Positions 37,761-50,364 of a DNA stretch of 64,000 nucleotides are shown here, one piece after another. Each line of letters begins with the position of its first letter. Position 1 is the first letter of the stretch. The notes under the pieces are model-generated. The model saw only the letters and a list, made by a program, of their open reading frames with translations, was not told the DNA's origin and did not search any database. A program made the position numbers and the translations under genes. Origin of the DNA: Felis catus (Eukaryota). The stretch is taken from positions 184,576,001 to 184,640,000 of the forward strand of contig NC_058368.1 of the NCBI RefSeq assembly GCF_018350175.1, given 5' to 3'.

Positions 37761-39059
37761 GATCTTAGTAATACTGCAGACTGAAACGTTATTGTCAAGT
37801 ACTGCTAACCCTTCTCCTTGTCTCATACACAACAGATTTCAGGCCTTGTCACCTTAAGTTATACTATAAAATTCTTTGATAGGTTGAGGGTTCTGCTTTA
37901 AATTTACTAAAACCCACATAACCTTCCTACAGCACTAATCATAATTCACTCAATGCCTGATCAATTATGTGGATTCTTATTTATTCCCAAAACCCAAATT
38001 CTTACCAAATTCTCAAGGTGACATAAAAGACCTTATCAAGAAAATATGTGCATGTTTTGAACATTCTTCCTAAAACATATGTTGTTTTTTTTAGCCTATT
38101 TTCAAATATATTCCCTCCTCACTTACCCCTAGTTCACTCTGTTTCCTTCCTTCCCTCTCCCCACCCATGGCCTCTGCTTACTCTGTTGCCTCTATCTTGA
38201 ATATCATCATCTCTTGCACTTCATTTCTCTTAGTATCTTCAAAGGATCACTTCAGTTCTTAGCTTTTCCCTGTCTTCTGTCCTTTGCTTTAAGAACATTT
38301 TTCAACTCTCTCTGTTCAATGAATAGCAGTAGGTGGTGAAAAAAATTAAGTGATAGACTCTACTATGCAGAGCTTACATGCTGGGAGATGGGAGTGGCTG
38401 GCATTTAAATACAGTTTTCATATAAGGTACTAAAGGTACTATAGAAGGCACTGAGGCAGCTTCAAGAAAGGAACACTTTCTGACTGAGCATGGCATGGGA
38501 AACAACAGGATAAATCATTTAAAAAATTGTATCTCTTTCTCTAGATTCACAAAATAAAATACCATGTCACATTCATTCCAGAATTTTCTGTGGCTAACAT
38601 CTTTTAAGCATAACCATTATTTCATTTAATTCTCATTAAAACTCTAGGTGTTAGAATGACATAGATACTATTATGGTCAGCACTTTATAGCTGAGAAAAC
38701 AGACTTAGAGATGCTAGGTCAAGACCCACGCTCTTAACCATTATGTGGCAAATCTTCAATCTTTGGTGGGTGATATAAAATACACTGGGGGCAAGGGGAT
38801 GGGTTACATGTGTCACATGAATCCTAGGACAGTACCAGGCACACAGTAAATTGCTGGCAAGGATTTTTTTTATTGCATATATACTGGACCAAGGACAATC
38901 TTTTTATCAAGTTCAGGGACAGAAATGAAATCCATAGCTGCTAACCCTCCACTCCAATATGGTGGACACATCAGAGCTAGAATTTCTTTTGAATTGGGGC
39001 TGGGCATATGTTTATTTAATGGAAAAAAAGTCTCTCAGGAAGAAGCAAAAAGAAATACC

Positions 39060-39259
39060 ACAATACCAGCTCCTAGGAAATAAGCCCAGGTATGAGAATT
39101 TGCCATCATTTTCCCCATTTTTTAATTAGAAAAGGGGTCTCTCTCTTACAATTCCCAGTGTAGACACTGAGGGAGTCAGGCCAACCCACAGATTCCCATC
39201 CTCTGTGCACACGACCAGGTAAGGCTAGTGTCCAACTGCCCTTCTGATAACTTCTCTCG
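39060..39259 (-). pseudogene. Cadherin exon remnant
   Basis: Pyrimidine tract plus aacAG acceptor. KLSEGQ / VVCTEDGN / NGENDGKFSY resembles GN.DGKFSI. Confidence 0.5.
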
Positions 39260-39544
39260 CTGTTTGCATGAAAGAAAAGCTTGAAATAAAATTTACTCTT
39301 TGCTCTCGGCAAGAACTAATACTTATCAAATGCCCTGGTCAAACACAATAAAATCATACTGTGTAAGGAAATTGCTTTTGTAATTGATTTACTAGTTTTC
39401 ATAGAGGAAAAAACATTTCAGTAGCATTTTCATTAAATCGCTTGTCTACAACAACCAAAAAATATCTAGTTTTCAGTTTTTAAAGACTCAGTATCGCTCT
39501 CATTTAGATTTTTTTTAAAAAGTAATAGAATGAGGAAAAATACT

Positions 39545-39867
39545 AAAACTAATGGTACACTGTATAGTAAATAAAAGATACAGACATGTCCTTCATTGCA
39601 GAAAAGTATAGAAGTACAGGTTATATATAGGGAAGACAGTGCTTTTGTTTTTGCTATCTTGGGTTGGGAGACAGAAAAATAAAGGGAGAAAGGAGTAGTT
39701 TGGCTTTGCTTATATTCAAAAACGCCTTATCCCACTCCCCTGAGCCTCAAAGGGGGGTCCAGCAGGCAAAGAACAAATCCAACTGCTCAGATTCTGCTCC
39801 CTGGGATTCTATATGTCATTCCAGGCCTCATAATGAGCCCATAAGCGCCAACAAAAAGCTTTTATCT
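39545..39867 (-). pseudogene. Cadherin exon remnant
   Basis: Acceptor attttcAG. IKAF / GMTYRI..LLDPL*G / FEYKQ..FSLYFSVS...ALSS..CNEGHVCIFYLLYSV. Confidence 0.55.
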
Positions 39868-40099
39868 CTGAAAATACACTTGGTCAAAAGAGATCAAGGT
39901 AATAAACTGCACTGGTGAAATTACTTGACATAAAACCAAAACACTGAGCCTTTGGCTAAAAATCTGTATTTTGTTATTGCCATATTAAATTGTAAGCACC
40001 ATAAGGACAAGGTCTGTGTGTGTCTGCAGCTGTGTCCCAAGAGCCAAGCACAGAATGCAGCTCACAACTAATATATGCCTTTGGAATAAATAAATGAAT

Positions 40100-40414
40100 T
40101 TTAATTTCCCACTGAATCAAAAAGTATCTCTGAATGGATGTCAAAACAATATCTTTCACCATTAGCTTTTCAGGGCAGAAATCTTCCCAAGCTCCCACTT
40201 GATCTCCCATATGTAGAGTGTATCAAAGGAAGAGGAACAGATTTGGGAGCAGGGCAGAAAAATGGGAGTAGTAGAAAGAGAAGCTATAAGAAATTTAAAA
40301 ATCTCACTTGACATAATCTGATCAAAAGCTTGAGCTCCAAATTCCAAATGGCAATCTTTGCTTCCCTATCAACATAAATACTGTTGATTAAGTTGTGGCT
40401 ACTTTTTGTGGGCA
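40100..40414 (-). pseudogene. Cadherin exon remnant
   Basis: Acceptor ttttttacAG. PQLNQQY / IYVDREAKI / AQAFDQ..FKFLI...LGKISALKS (ORF 40162..40347) / GERYCFDI. Confidence 0.6.
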
Positions 40415-41333
40415 CTGTAAAAAACTAAGCAAAGTAAAAAAAAAAAAAATTCCCTTAGACAAACTAGAGTATTCCAAGAAACTTACCTGACACAGACACA
40501 ACTTGAGATCATTCATTTATCCAACAAATATTTAGAGACCTGCTAATTGCTAAAGCACTATGCAAGTTGCTATGGATTCAACAGTGAACCTGCTATGCAC
40601 ATCTGAGAATTTTTTTGAAGGTCCCAGATAAATTTAAGAATCTGATATATAAACCCTCCCCCAGAGGGATGGCTGGGGGGAAGCACATTCAAACCATGTA
40701 CATGTTTTGCATATAATCTCAGGAAAGTTGGAGACGTAGGGTAGATGTATGCATCAATCCTACAGATTCCATTCCCCCCCGCCCACGCAGTAATCTAACA
40801 TGCTGCTGTATTTTGTCTTCTTGATTTAAATTAAAGTCAGGTTATGTTCTAGACAGAATTGAGTTCTTGATTAGAACTCTACAAAGGAAGCTCCCAAAGG
40901 TAGGGCAACATGTCAAGTCATCTCAGCCCCCTCCCAATCTTAGAGAGCTTCCTGAATTAACTCATAGAAATTAGGTAAGTCATTTTCATTTAGTTTTTAG
41001 AAACCTTCCCTAACTAGATTAATCAACTCAGAGCACTTTCTGTTTAAAAGGTTTTACTCATTTAAAATACTTTTGCATTTTCAATATGTAGACAGCAATT
41101 TAGACATGATGCAGAATCTTTAGAGAAAAAAATCAAGCCAAGATACCCAATTCCACACAGAAAGAGAATGTCAAGTTGATATTTAAAATACTTGTTTGCA
41201 CAAAGGACATTTTGTTTTGTTTTAAATAATTATCCTGCTCTCACTTGCTTTATGTATTATATAATTCATGGATTACTGGAATTCATAATTGAATAATACG
41301 TAGATGTCACCTAGAGGTGCAAAACCTATTCAC

Positions 41334-41661
41334 CTACTTGGAATTGCCTGTCTCAATAAGAATGACACTAACTTTAGCATTTTCTCTCTGATTAGAGACA
41401 CTATAGATTTGCAGTCGCCTCCATGTAATATAAATCAATAAAGAATAATTTTCCAGGCAGTAAATCAATTGTCAGTTCACAGACCCTAATACCCCTGTGC
41501 AGGATTTATTGAAAAAATGAATGGCAGTCTTGTTAGGAGATGTACAGCATGCTTTATAGGGACATAATAGTGTAAACCCCAGACTATTACATTCACCACA
41601 GCGAGGAATCCAAAAGAAATAACCCTTTCTTCTCCATAGAACACATATTTAACTGGATTTT
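41334..41661 (-). pseudogene. Cadherin exon remnant (one whole EC repeat)
   Basis: Acceptor tcattAG. NPVKYVFYGEERVISFGFLAVVNV...LPFIFSINP (ORF 41486..41695), then a frameshift to TGVLGSVN*QLIYCLENYSLLI...NAKVSVILIE. Confidence 0.7.
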
Positions 41662-41824
41662 CTAATGACAAATGGAAAAACTTAAAAGACAACATAATAA
41701 TAACGTATCTCTGGAGTAGGAGAGTATGTCAGTCTTGGGGCACCATAACTCCTTTGCTGCGACTTTCTGCACTTTGAGTGTGGTGGACTACAAAGTTAAT
41801 ATTCTAACTCTTTGCCATCCAAGG

Positions 41825-41938
41825 GGCTATCCATTAGTCATGTAGGTTTTCTTTTTTAATTTTTGTGACATGGCTAGTCTAAATTGAGATGTGATGTTAA
41901 GTATAAATAAGCATTGAACTTCTTTTAAGTTTATTTAT

Positions 41939-41971
<33 letters not shown>

Positions 41972-42350
41972 CCCCAGGAGGCTCCACACTGTCAGCACAG
42001 AGCCCAACATGGGGATCAATCCCAAGAATGGTAAGATCAAGATGTGAGACAAAATCAAGACTTGGACAATTAACCAACTGAGCCACCCAGCCATCCCAAT
42101 AAACACCGGATTTCAAAGACTGTACAAAATAAAAAATATAAAATATCTCAATAATCTTTATATTAATTATGTGTCAAAATGGTAATAACTTAGAATAATT
42201 TAGTTAGAATATATTAGAATATTTAGTTAAAATAATTAAGTAAAATATATTATTAAAATTAATTTCAATTGTTTATCTTTCCTATGTGGCTTCTAGAAAA
42301 TTTAAAAGCACTAATGTAGTTCACGTAACTGTTTCTCTTGTACAGCACTG
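41825..42350 (+). mobile_element. MER33-like hAT MITE interrupted by a Can-SINE (about 41920-42098, minus)
   Basis: gctagtctaaattgagatgtg..gtataaa | caccggatttcaaagact...tattaaaattaatttca...acagcactg. Confidence 0.75.
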
Positions 42351-42482
42351 TTCTACACAGTAAAGTAGCTCAGGTGACAGACTGAAAAATTTTATCATGG
42401 ACAGCCAACAATGCACTCACAAATCCCTTGACCGAACTAGACAGTTAAAAGTTTGGGAATGACAAAATGAGTCTCGACCTTT

Positions 42483-42721
42483 TCTTTTTAGAATTTTTAA
42501 TGTTTATTTATTTTTGAGAGAGAAAGAGAAATAGAGAAACAGAGGCAGAGCATGACTAGGGGAGAGGCAGAGAGACAGACACGGAGACACAGAATTTGAA
42601 GCAGGCTCCAGGCTCTGAGCTGTCAGCACAGAGCCCGACACAGCGCTCAAACTCACCAACCCCAAGATCATGACCTGAGCCGAAGTTGGACACTTAACCA
42701 ACTGAGCCTCCCAGGCACCCG
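42483..42721 (-). mobile_element. Can-SINE
   Basis: Typical head, body and tail on the minus strand. Confidence 0.93.
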
Positions 42722-43384
42722 GAGACTCCATTTTTTAAAAGACAACAGTATGTGGTTCCTCTAAAGAAGTGGGAGAAGACAATAATTGGATGTTCATGGG
42801 TGGGAAGGTAGGTCCCCACAGGTCATACAATAAGTATTATTTACAGTGCGTGGCAAAGGAAACTAGAGAACCTGAAAGAAGAAAATTACGAGACCTGCTA
42901 ATGATGACATCACCAGATTTCAGCTAATGAGAGGTACAGGAAAGGGTAAGCCAAGAAAAGTTTGATTAATGCCCTGCAAAGATAGTTTAAGTTTGTGTCA
43001 AAAGTTATCTTTGGTTCAAGAGCTACAAGCAATCTCCTTCACTACTGGATGCCCAGAATCTTGCATGGGGCCTGACTCTAGAAAATACTTAATAAATACC
43101 TGCTAAATGAAAGAATGAATGAAATGATTATATATAAAAATAGACCTAATGTACCTACATTATGATGCAAATGCAAAAAAAAACAAAGTATATGAATTTT
43201 TCTACTGCACTAAACTAGAAATACCCATGAAGCAGAGTGGAGAGACTGGAACTCTAGATAAAGAAGAAGGAACTGCTGAGAAAAGGTAAATAAAGACACA
43301 GAGACTGTTAGACATAAAAGGGCAAAGAAAAATGAAAATACATAGTAGCATTAGTGAATCCTAAATCGGGGGGGGGGGGGGGGA

Positions 43385-43972
43385 TGTAAACAAGGAGTAT
43401 AAAATATAAACAGTGACAAAGCCTAGACCAATTTCCACCATTCTGTGGTTGAATAAGGAAAGTCATAGTTTTTTGAATCTCAAATTTTGAATTTGTGTAA
43501 CGAACCTTTGGAATTAATTCTAAACTTCCAGTAGTCTGTAATATCAATGATATGAGGAAAATCAAAGGGTACAATCAACCATTCCCAAATCCTCAGTAAG
43601 TCCTTCGAGAGATTTAACATCAAGGAGAAAATATGTATGTAAACTTGAGTGCTTCTCAATCAGGAGTGATATTGCTCCCTCAAGGGATGGTTGGCAAAGT
43701 CTGGAGTGGTTCCGGGTTGTCGCTATTAGGGAGCGCTACTGGCATCTAGTGGGTGAAACCAGAAATGCTGCTGAACATCCTACAATGCACAAGGCCGCAC
43801 GGCAAAACAAAGAATTACCTAGCGTAAAATGTCAATAGTGCAATGTTAAGAAATCCTGATCTGGAGTAATATATAAATAATATTTACAGAAACCAATGAG
43901 GTAGAACAAGAAAATACCAGAAATTTCAAAGCACTTCACTGATAGTACAAACGAGCAGATATAAATTATAGG
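43385..43972 (-). pseudogene. Cadherin exon remnant split by MER20
   Basis: Acceptor ttttttaAG. PIIY / TISE / EISGIFLFYL, then MER20, then TYFLLDV... / FLISLILQTTGSLEL...KFEIQKTMTFLIQPQNGG / GFVTVYIL. Part is visible as ORFs 43308..43574 and 43832..44017. Confidence 0.65.
43647..43858 (+). mobile_element. MER20 (hAT-Charlie)
   Basis: gagtgcttctcaa...gctactggcatctagtgggt...gctgctgaacatcctacaatgcaca...aaaatgtcaatagtg..aagaaatcctg. Confidence 0.9.
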
Positions 43973-44593
43973 CTTAAAAAAAAAAGAAATAGCACCTAAA
44001 TTCATCATTCCATTCACCCCTGGTTCTCCTCTCTCAATATCACTCCAGAAGTTTTGCTAGAATTCTTCTTAAGAAATCACCATCTCTTAGAAAATGAGAA
44101 AAATAATTCAAATTTATATGGGAGGTGTATGCACATTTTATGCAGAGGAAGTAAAAATTATGCTTTATTCTATTATGAATAAAAAGACTTTATTTAAATT
44201 TAGACTGGGTTCATTTCTTTATGCTTAATAAAGCCTGAACACAAGCACCTGAAGAGAAAGTAGACAGAAAATGTACCCATTAAAATATTTACCCTTCCAA
44301 GTAACCTAAAGTGGTAAGAAATATAGGCTTAATTATCTTCTTAGATTTTCAGCTAGCACATGAATTTGCAGTCCTACTATACTTGAAAAATAGAGAACAC
44401 ATTCAATAATGCCAAATTTAAATCTACTGCTTTTAAAATACCTTCCTTTGGGCTGCAAAGTATAATCAAGTATTCTATATCACCATGAGTTTCAGTACAT
44501 TAATATGTTATAAAATATGCTTTAAAGATATATCCATGATTTATAATAATTGCAACTCTCAGAAACTAATAGCCAGAAGCATTTGACTTTTAC

Positions 44594-44764
44594 CTTCAAA
44601 TATCCTCACTCAAATCCAGTTAAAGTACTATCTGAATCAGCATAAGAGCTTCTATACCAAGATATTAAAAGTAATCATCTTTTCTTTTTAGAGAATTCTG
44701 CTATTATGTTAATATTTGATGTGTTACTCTTCCCAGGTAACATTTTTTTTATTTTGGTAGGAAT
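44594..44764 (-). pseudogene. Possible cadherin exon remnant
   Basis: Acceptor ttagtAG, donor AAG|GTAAAA. Translation SNINIIAEF / KEKMITFNILV* / IQIVL*LDLSED. Confidence 0.45.
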
Positions 44765-44917
44765 CTACTAAGAATATACTTCAATAGAATTCCAGTGGTG
44801 ACATTTTTTAAGGACTCAAAGCCATAAAGCATATAGCTTTATATGCTTTATAATATGTTAATATATATATATGAAGAGAAGGGGAGGGAAAAGTAGACTT
44901 TTTAGAGTATCTCACCA

Positions 44918-45404
44918 TTTTGTTTCCTGAGGCTGCTATAAGCAAGTACCACAAACTGTGTGGCTTAAAACAATAGAAATGTATTCTTTCACATTTATGA
45001 AGGCTAGAAGTCTAAAATCAAGGAATCAGCAGGGTTGGTTCTTTCCAGAGGCCCTCAAGAACAATCCGTCCCTTACTAGCTTCTAGTGGCTGTTGGCAAT
45101 CCTTGGCATCCCTTGGCTTGTACCAGCAGTTAACCCTAGTATCTGCCTCCATCTTTATATGACCTTCTCTGTCTCTACCTCCTTTCTCTCTGTGTGTCCT
45201 CTGCTCTTACAAGGGAAACAGTGTTACATTTAGAGCCCACCCTAATTTCAGGAAGATTTCATTCTTATATGCTTAAATTCATTATATCTGTATTTCTAGA
45301 TCCTTAACTAATTATAGCTGCAAAGTCCCTATTTCCAAATAAGGTCACATTCTGAGGTCCTACACAGACACAAATTTTGGAGGGGACACTAGCTAACCCA
45401 CTGC
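44918..45404 (-). mobile_element. MLT1E-like MaLR solo LTR
   Basis: tttcctgaggctgctataa..taccacaaactg..ggcttaaaacaatag...tttccaaataaggtcacattctgagg. Confidence 0.85.
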
Positions 45405-45519
45405 ACTCACCATACTTTATTTGTGGTCAACTACTTTGTTTAAATAAACTTCTGACTCATTTGTATCTCCCTCTCTCATTTTCCTTATGGCACCAAGCCT
45501 GAAATTATATATAACTAAC

Positions 45520-45684
45520 CTTCTCCAAGGACCCACTGTCTCATCTATAAAATGGCATTGGTATCAACAGATGTCAATGAAAGAATCCAAACTGACTTGG
45601 AATAAATAAGTGGTCCATGCACCAGTTTGGGATTTTTCAAAAACTACCTGGAACCGTTTGGTAAGTGATGTAACTTCTTAATGT
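45520..45684 (-). pseudogene. Possible cadherin exon remnant
   Basis: Acceptor acacAG, donor AAG|GTTAGT. Translation KRFQVVFE / SVWILSLTSVDTN / MPF gives only a weak V.I..D.N..PF motif. Confidence 0.4.
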
Positions 45685-46329
45685 CTGTGTTATCAGAAAG
45701 ATAAAATGAGTTGGTCATGATCTGATATACTTGGGAGTTTGATCTTAAACTCTTCCACTGAATAACAGTACCTATCAAAAAGATGAGTTGCCCAACTTCC
45801 CTTAATCTCAGGTCCTTTATTTATAAAATCAGAATAAAGTACTGATTTTATTGATAAAATAAAAATCCTGTATACAAATGTGCCTACTACAGTAGATCCA
45901 GTGGTTAGCCAAATGATAAGTTTCGTTTGGCCAGCACAATGGACTTCATTTTTATTTGTATCTAAATGACTTTAAGCAGAGAAGGCATTTTCCAATTTGC
46001 CACTGACAACACTCTCCACTGGCTTAAGCTTAGTTTATCTGTCTTGGGAAGTCTTTGAGTCTGTTACTACAATGTAGATACACAGCAAATAATAAATGAG
46101 AATGATATCAGAGGCTACCTGTCCCCATACTGACCATCCAATTTAGCAACAGGGAATTCACTACCTAGAAGGAGAACTAATTTCATTTTTTTTAAAACAA
46201 TTGCATTTCTGGTAAATTCTTCCTTCCATTTCTGTAAGTTTTATTCACTGACCTTAGTTTTTACTCCTAAGACCATATTAAATAAATCTAATTGTGCATC
46301 TAGTCAACTGTCTTTCATTTACATGAACA

Positions 46330-46680
46330 CATCTATTGTGACTCCTCAATATATGAGATAATTTCTATGAGAGCATTCAAAGGCATAATTGTAAATTACA
46401 ATTAGTATACATCATTACACCATTCATCTTACTGCTGTCAAAAAACAGCCCAAGGAAATTTTCATGCCATGAGATGATTATATCCAAGCTTATAAATAAT
46501 CAGCTCTCCTTTAGTTTTTTGACTTTGTGAGATATGATGTGAAAATCCCAATTAGTCACTCCCAATGTTTACTGGAAAAAGGAGAGAACTATACTCTTTT
46601 GCAAATTTAACAAGGGTTCTCTTTTATCCACTTCTGTTGGGCCCAAAGATCACAGAATCAGATGAATGAACAATTTTGCT
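46330..46680 (-). pseudogene. Cadherin exon remnant (boundaries approximate)
   Basis: EVDKREP / KFAKEYSSLL...G..LG / GELIIYKL / GLFFDSSKMNGVMMYTNCNL. Confidence 0.5.
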
Positions 46681-47535
46681 TCTTACAAAAATAATTTTTA
46701 AGCCAGTCTTAAACTCTCAGATTTATCAACAGAATGTAGTATGCTCTCTCACCACCCTCTTGCCTCCAGGCCACCTTTTCAGCTCTAGGAGCCCTACAGA
46801 AAAACTTGAAAATGCTAACTTGAAACTATTGACCAATGGTCATATGTCAAGAGTCTAGAGAATTTGACAGGAGCTCTGAGCCAGACCTGGTATTCCTGGT
46901 ATTTAGAATGCATGAGAAAGAAATACCAATCACCTTGGACAGCAGCCTCTCATGCAAAGGCTATAATTGCCAAGTGACCAGATGTCAATATAGTCAGCTC
47001 CCTGCAATGACTATAGGAATTCTATGGGGTCTGGAATGCTGAGATACTTACTTATCTTGCTGATAGCAAAATAAACTACTGCCACCAAGCCTTTGATATT
47101 TGGGCCCTCTAGAAGTTAATTCTCTTTAAAGATAAGGCAATCCAAAGTACCATGGTTAATGCACATTAACTGCTAGTGATGGAAAAGACAAAGATGCCAT
47201 TGCCAATAATTTCTAAAGTATACAATATTTATATGTCTTTGCTATTTCCCCATTCAAACCAATAATAAATTTACCCAAATAATCCTCTGACTAATGAAAT
47301 TATGCTATTCAAAATCTTCTAAAGCAAAATCTGAGGGTTAGTTGGATTACATTAATATATCAGTTACAAATTTAGAAAACAGATTCTGAAGTCAGAGTTT
47401 TTAAATTATTTTTTTAATCTACAGAAAAACTCCATCTGCATTATACACAAATACAGCAGAGCAGAGGGGGAAAATCATTAATAATCTTAGTCATTAGAGA
47501 TAATAAGTGGTGAAATTTTGGATTTCTCAAAGTAC

Positions 47536-47760
47536 CTTTCAGACAACCAAAGACTTATAAATATGAAAACGGAGACAATTATCCACCTCATATGGCATGA
47601 TTACCATAGTTCAAGGCAGCATTTTCCACAGTCATTCTATCCAACTGAACATTCCGCCATCAGGACAGCCTTAAGAATTTTTCCTATACTGCCAAATTGA
47701 AAATACTCTCAAAACTTCCTGACCCTTGTTACCATGTAATTTCTCATATATTTAGAATGG
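47536..47760 (-). pseudogene. Cadherin exon remnant
   Basis: Acceptor tcactAG, donor AAG|GTACTT. Translation IYEKLHGNKGQEVLRVFSI / GSIGKIL / VQLDRMTVENAALNYGNHAI*GG matches Y.I..GN...FSI..G.I...LDRETV..Y.L.V.A.DGG. Confidence 0.7.
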
Positions 47761-48474
47761 CTAGTGAAATTAGCCCACATGATAACTACATTTTATTATA
47801 TGTAATAGCTAAATCCATATAACTCAGCCTTAAAATTCCTCATGTTTAAGAAATCCAGTTCAATAAAAACGAGCTTGCTGCAACTTGATGTTTCATACTT
47901 GATATATTTATAGTTTTTTTTAGAATAAGAGATCCTTATTAAGCAAATATAGGCAAAGTAGCAAATATAATCAAATACATTTTAAGAGATTTTAAGAGTT
48001 AAAATAATAACTGGATAGTCATAGTATTATTGGTTAAAGATAAAAAAAGAAAAAATATACTTAATCAAAATGATTCCTCACTTCTATTGTGCTGATGAGC
48101 TGTGAGAATCTCAAAGTGTGAAATTAAAGAATAAAACAAATGGCTAAAAAACACTTAGTAATTATAGTTAAGAAATTATGTTTTTAGAAAGCTATATATC
48201 TTACAGTTTAAAAATTTCAATCCATAATCCAAGGAGAAGATGAAACAACCCTAAAACACTATTAAACAGTATTTAATAAATGTCAGCAATGGATAAGAAA
48301 TAGAATAATCAAGAGATTAGGCCCAGCAGCAAGGTAGCAGGAGGCTAGGACCGGAAAAGGTGAATTAAGGTATAAGTTGCAGCATTTTCTATATTGGGCA
48401 TGGCCTCTGAATATGAAGAACAATCACACCTAAAGAAGGTAAAATATTACACCTATATAAAAACTTGCACATGT

Positions 48475-48685
48475 GGGGTGCCTGGGTGGCTCAGTCAGTT
48501 AAGCGCCCAACTCTTGATCTCGGTTCAGGTCATGATCTCACCATTCCTGGGTTCAAGCCCCGCGTTGGGCTCCTCGCTGACAATGCAGAGCCTTCCTGGG
48601 ATTCTGTCTCTCCCTCTCTCTGCCCCTCCCCTGCACACATGCTCACTCTCTCTCACTCTCTCACAAAATAAACTTTAAAAAATTA
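48475..48685 (+). mobile_element. Can-SINE
   Basis: ggggtgcctgggtggctcagtcagttaagcg head. Confidence 0.93.
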
Positions 48686-48689
48686 CAAA

Positions 48690-49511
48690 CATATATTTAT
48701 AACAGTTTAATTCAAAACCTGAAAGCAAACATCATGTCCTTCAGTAGGTAAAAGGATAAATAAACTCTGGTATGTCCAGACAATGGAGTATTATGTAGTG
48801 CTATGAAGAAATGAGCTATGAAGCAATGAAAATGCATGCAGGGTCTGAAATGCATTTTACTACATGAAAGGAGCCAATCTGAAAAGCCTATATACTGTAC
48901 GATTCCAACAATATGACATTTTGGAAAAGGTAAAACTATGGAGACAGCAAAAAGATCGGAAGTTACCAGAGGTTGCAGAAGAGTGGGGTAAATAGACAGG
49001 ACACACAGAGAATTTCTAGGGCAGTGAAGCTACTCTGTGTGATACTGCAAATGGTGGATACATGTCGTTACACATTTGCCTAAACCGACAGAACGTGCAA
49101 CATCAATAGTGAACACTAATGTAAACTAAGGACTCTGGATGATAATGATGTGGCAATACAGGTTCAGTAGTTGTAGGACATGTACCACTCTGGTGGGGAA
49201 TGTTAATAATGGGGAAGAAGTTTGCATGTTTGGGGCAGGAGGTAATATGAGAAATGCAGTACCTTCCTCTCAACTTTCCTGTGAACCTAAAACTGTTCTA
49301 AAAAGTAAAACCTACTTAATTTCAAAAAAAAAAAAAGCAAATAAAGACTTTTTCAGACATACAACAGCTGAAACAATGTATCACCAACAAAACTGTACCA
49401 GAAGAAATGTTAAAGAAAACCCTTCAGGCAGAAACACTGGTAAACGGTACCAGATGGAAATAGCAATCTATACAAATGAATGAAAAATAACAAAGAAACA
49501 ATAGCCATATA

Positions 49512-49583
<72 letters not shown>

Positions 49584-49586
49584 GCC

Positions 49587-49641
<55 letters not shown>

Positions 49642-50350
49642 CTTATTTATATGGAGAATAACTGCCTAAATAAACACAATAATTACCAATGTAGCACAGG
49701 ATTCATAACATACTTAAAAGTAAAAGGTATGACCAAAAAATATCACAAAGGCTGGGAGTCAAAAATGAAAATATACTATTGTAAGGTTCCTACGTTATAC
49801 ATGAAGTAGTATGATATCACTTGAAGGTAGACTGTGATTAAATATGTATGTCATAAATCCTAAAGCAACCATTAAAATAACAAAGCAAAGAATCACAGCT
49901 AATATGTCAATAAAGGAAACAAGTGAGAATCATACAGTTTATCTATTACAAAAGAAAACAGAAAAAATGAGGAAAAAAAGAAGAAATAGGTGAGACAAGA
50001 AGATGGCAGATTTAAATTTTATCATCAATAACAAAACATATAAATGTTCTAAACACTCCAGTTAAAAGGCAAATTTTGTCAGACTGCATACCAAAGCAAA
50101 CCCAAATTATGTGCTTCTTACAGGAAATGCACTTCAAATATAAAGACACTAATAGTTAAAAGCAATGATGAAAGAAACCCTACCATACTAACAAATAATC
50201 AAAAGAAAGCTGGAGTGATTCTAGAATATTGGGCAAAATTGAGGCCAGAGAAAAGAATACTACCTAGGAGTAAGAAGTTTCCTTCAAAAACATAAAGAGG
50301 TAAACTCATTAGGAGTGAGTTTACCTTACGTGCCAAATAATTTTACACTT
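48690..50350 (+). mobile_element. Old L1 fragments: L1MC-like 3' end to about 49335, then an ORF1-end/ORF2-EN fragment
   Basis: L1MC 3'UTR with poly(A) at about 49324-49336. Then aaataaagactttttcagac.. (ORF1) and EN-like sequence (tgtgcttctacaggaaatgcacttcaaatataaagac). Confidence 0.8.
49500..49638. repeat. Compound (TA)n/(CA)n microsatellite with duplicated atagcc-(TA)n unit
   Basis: Seen directly. Confidence 0.95.
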
Positions 50351-50364
50351 CACAAAGAACTTCA

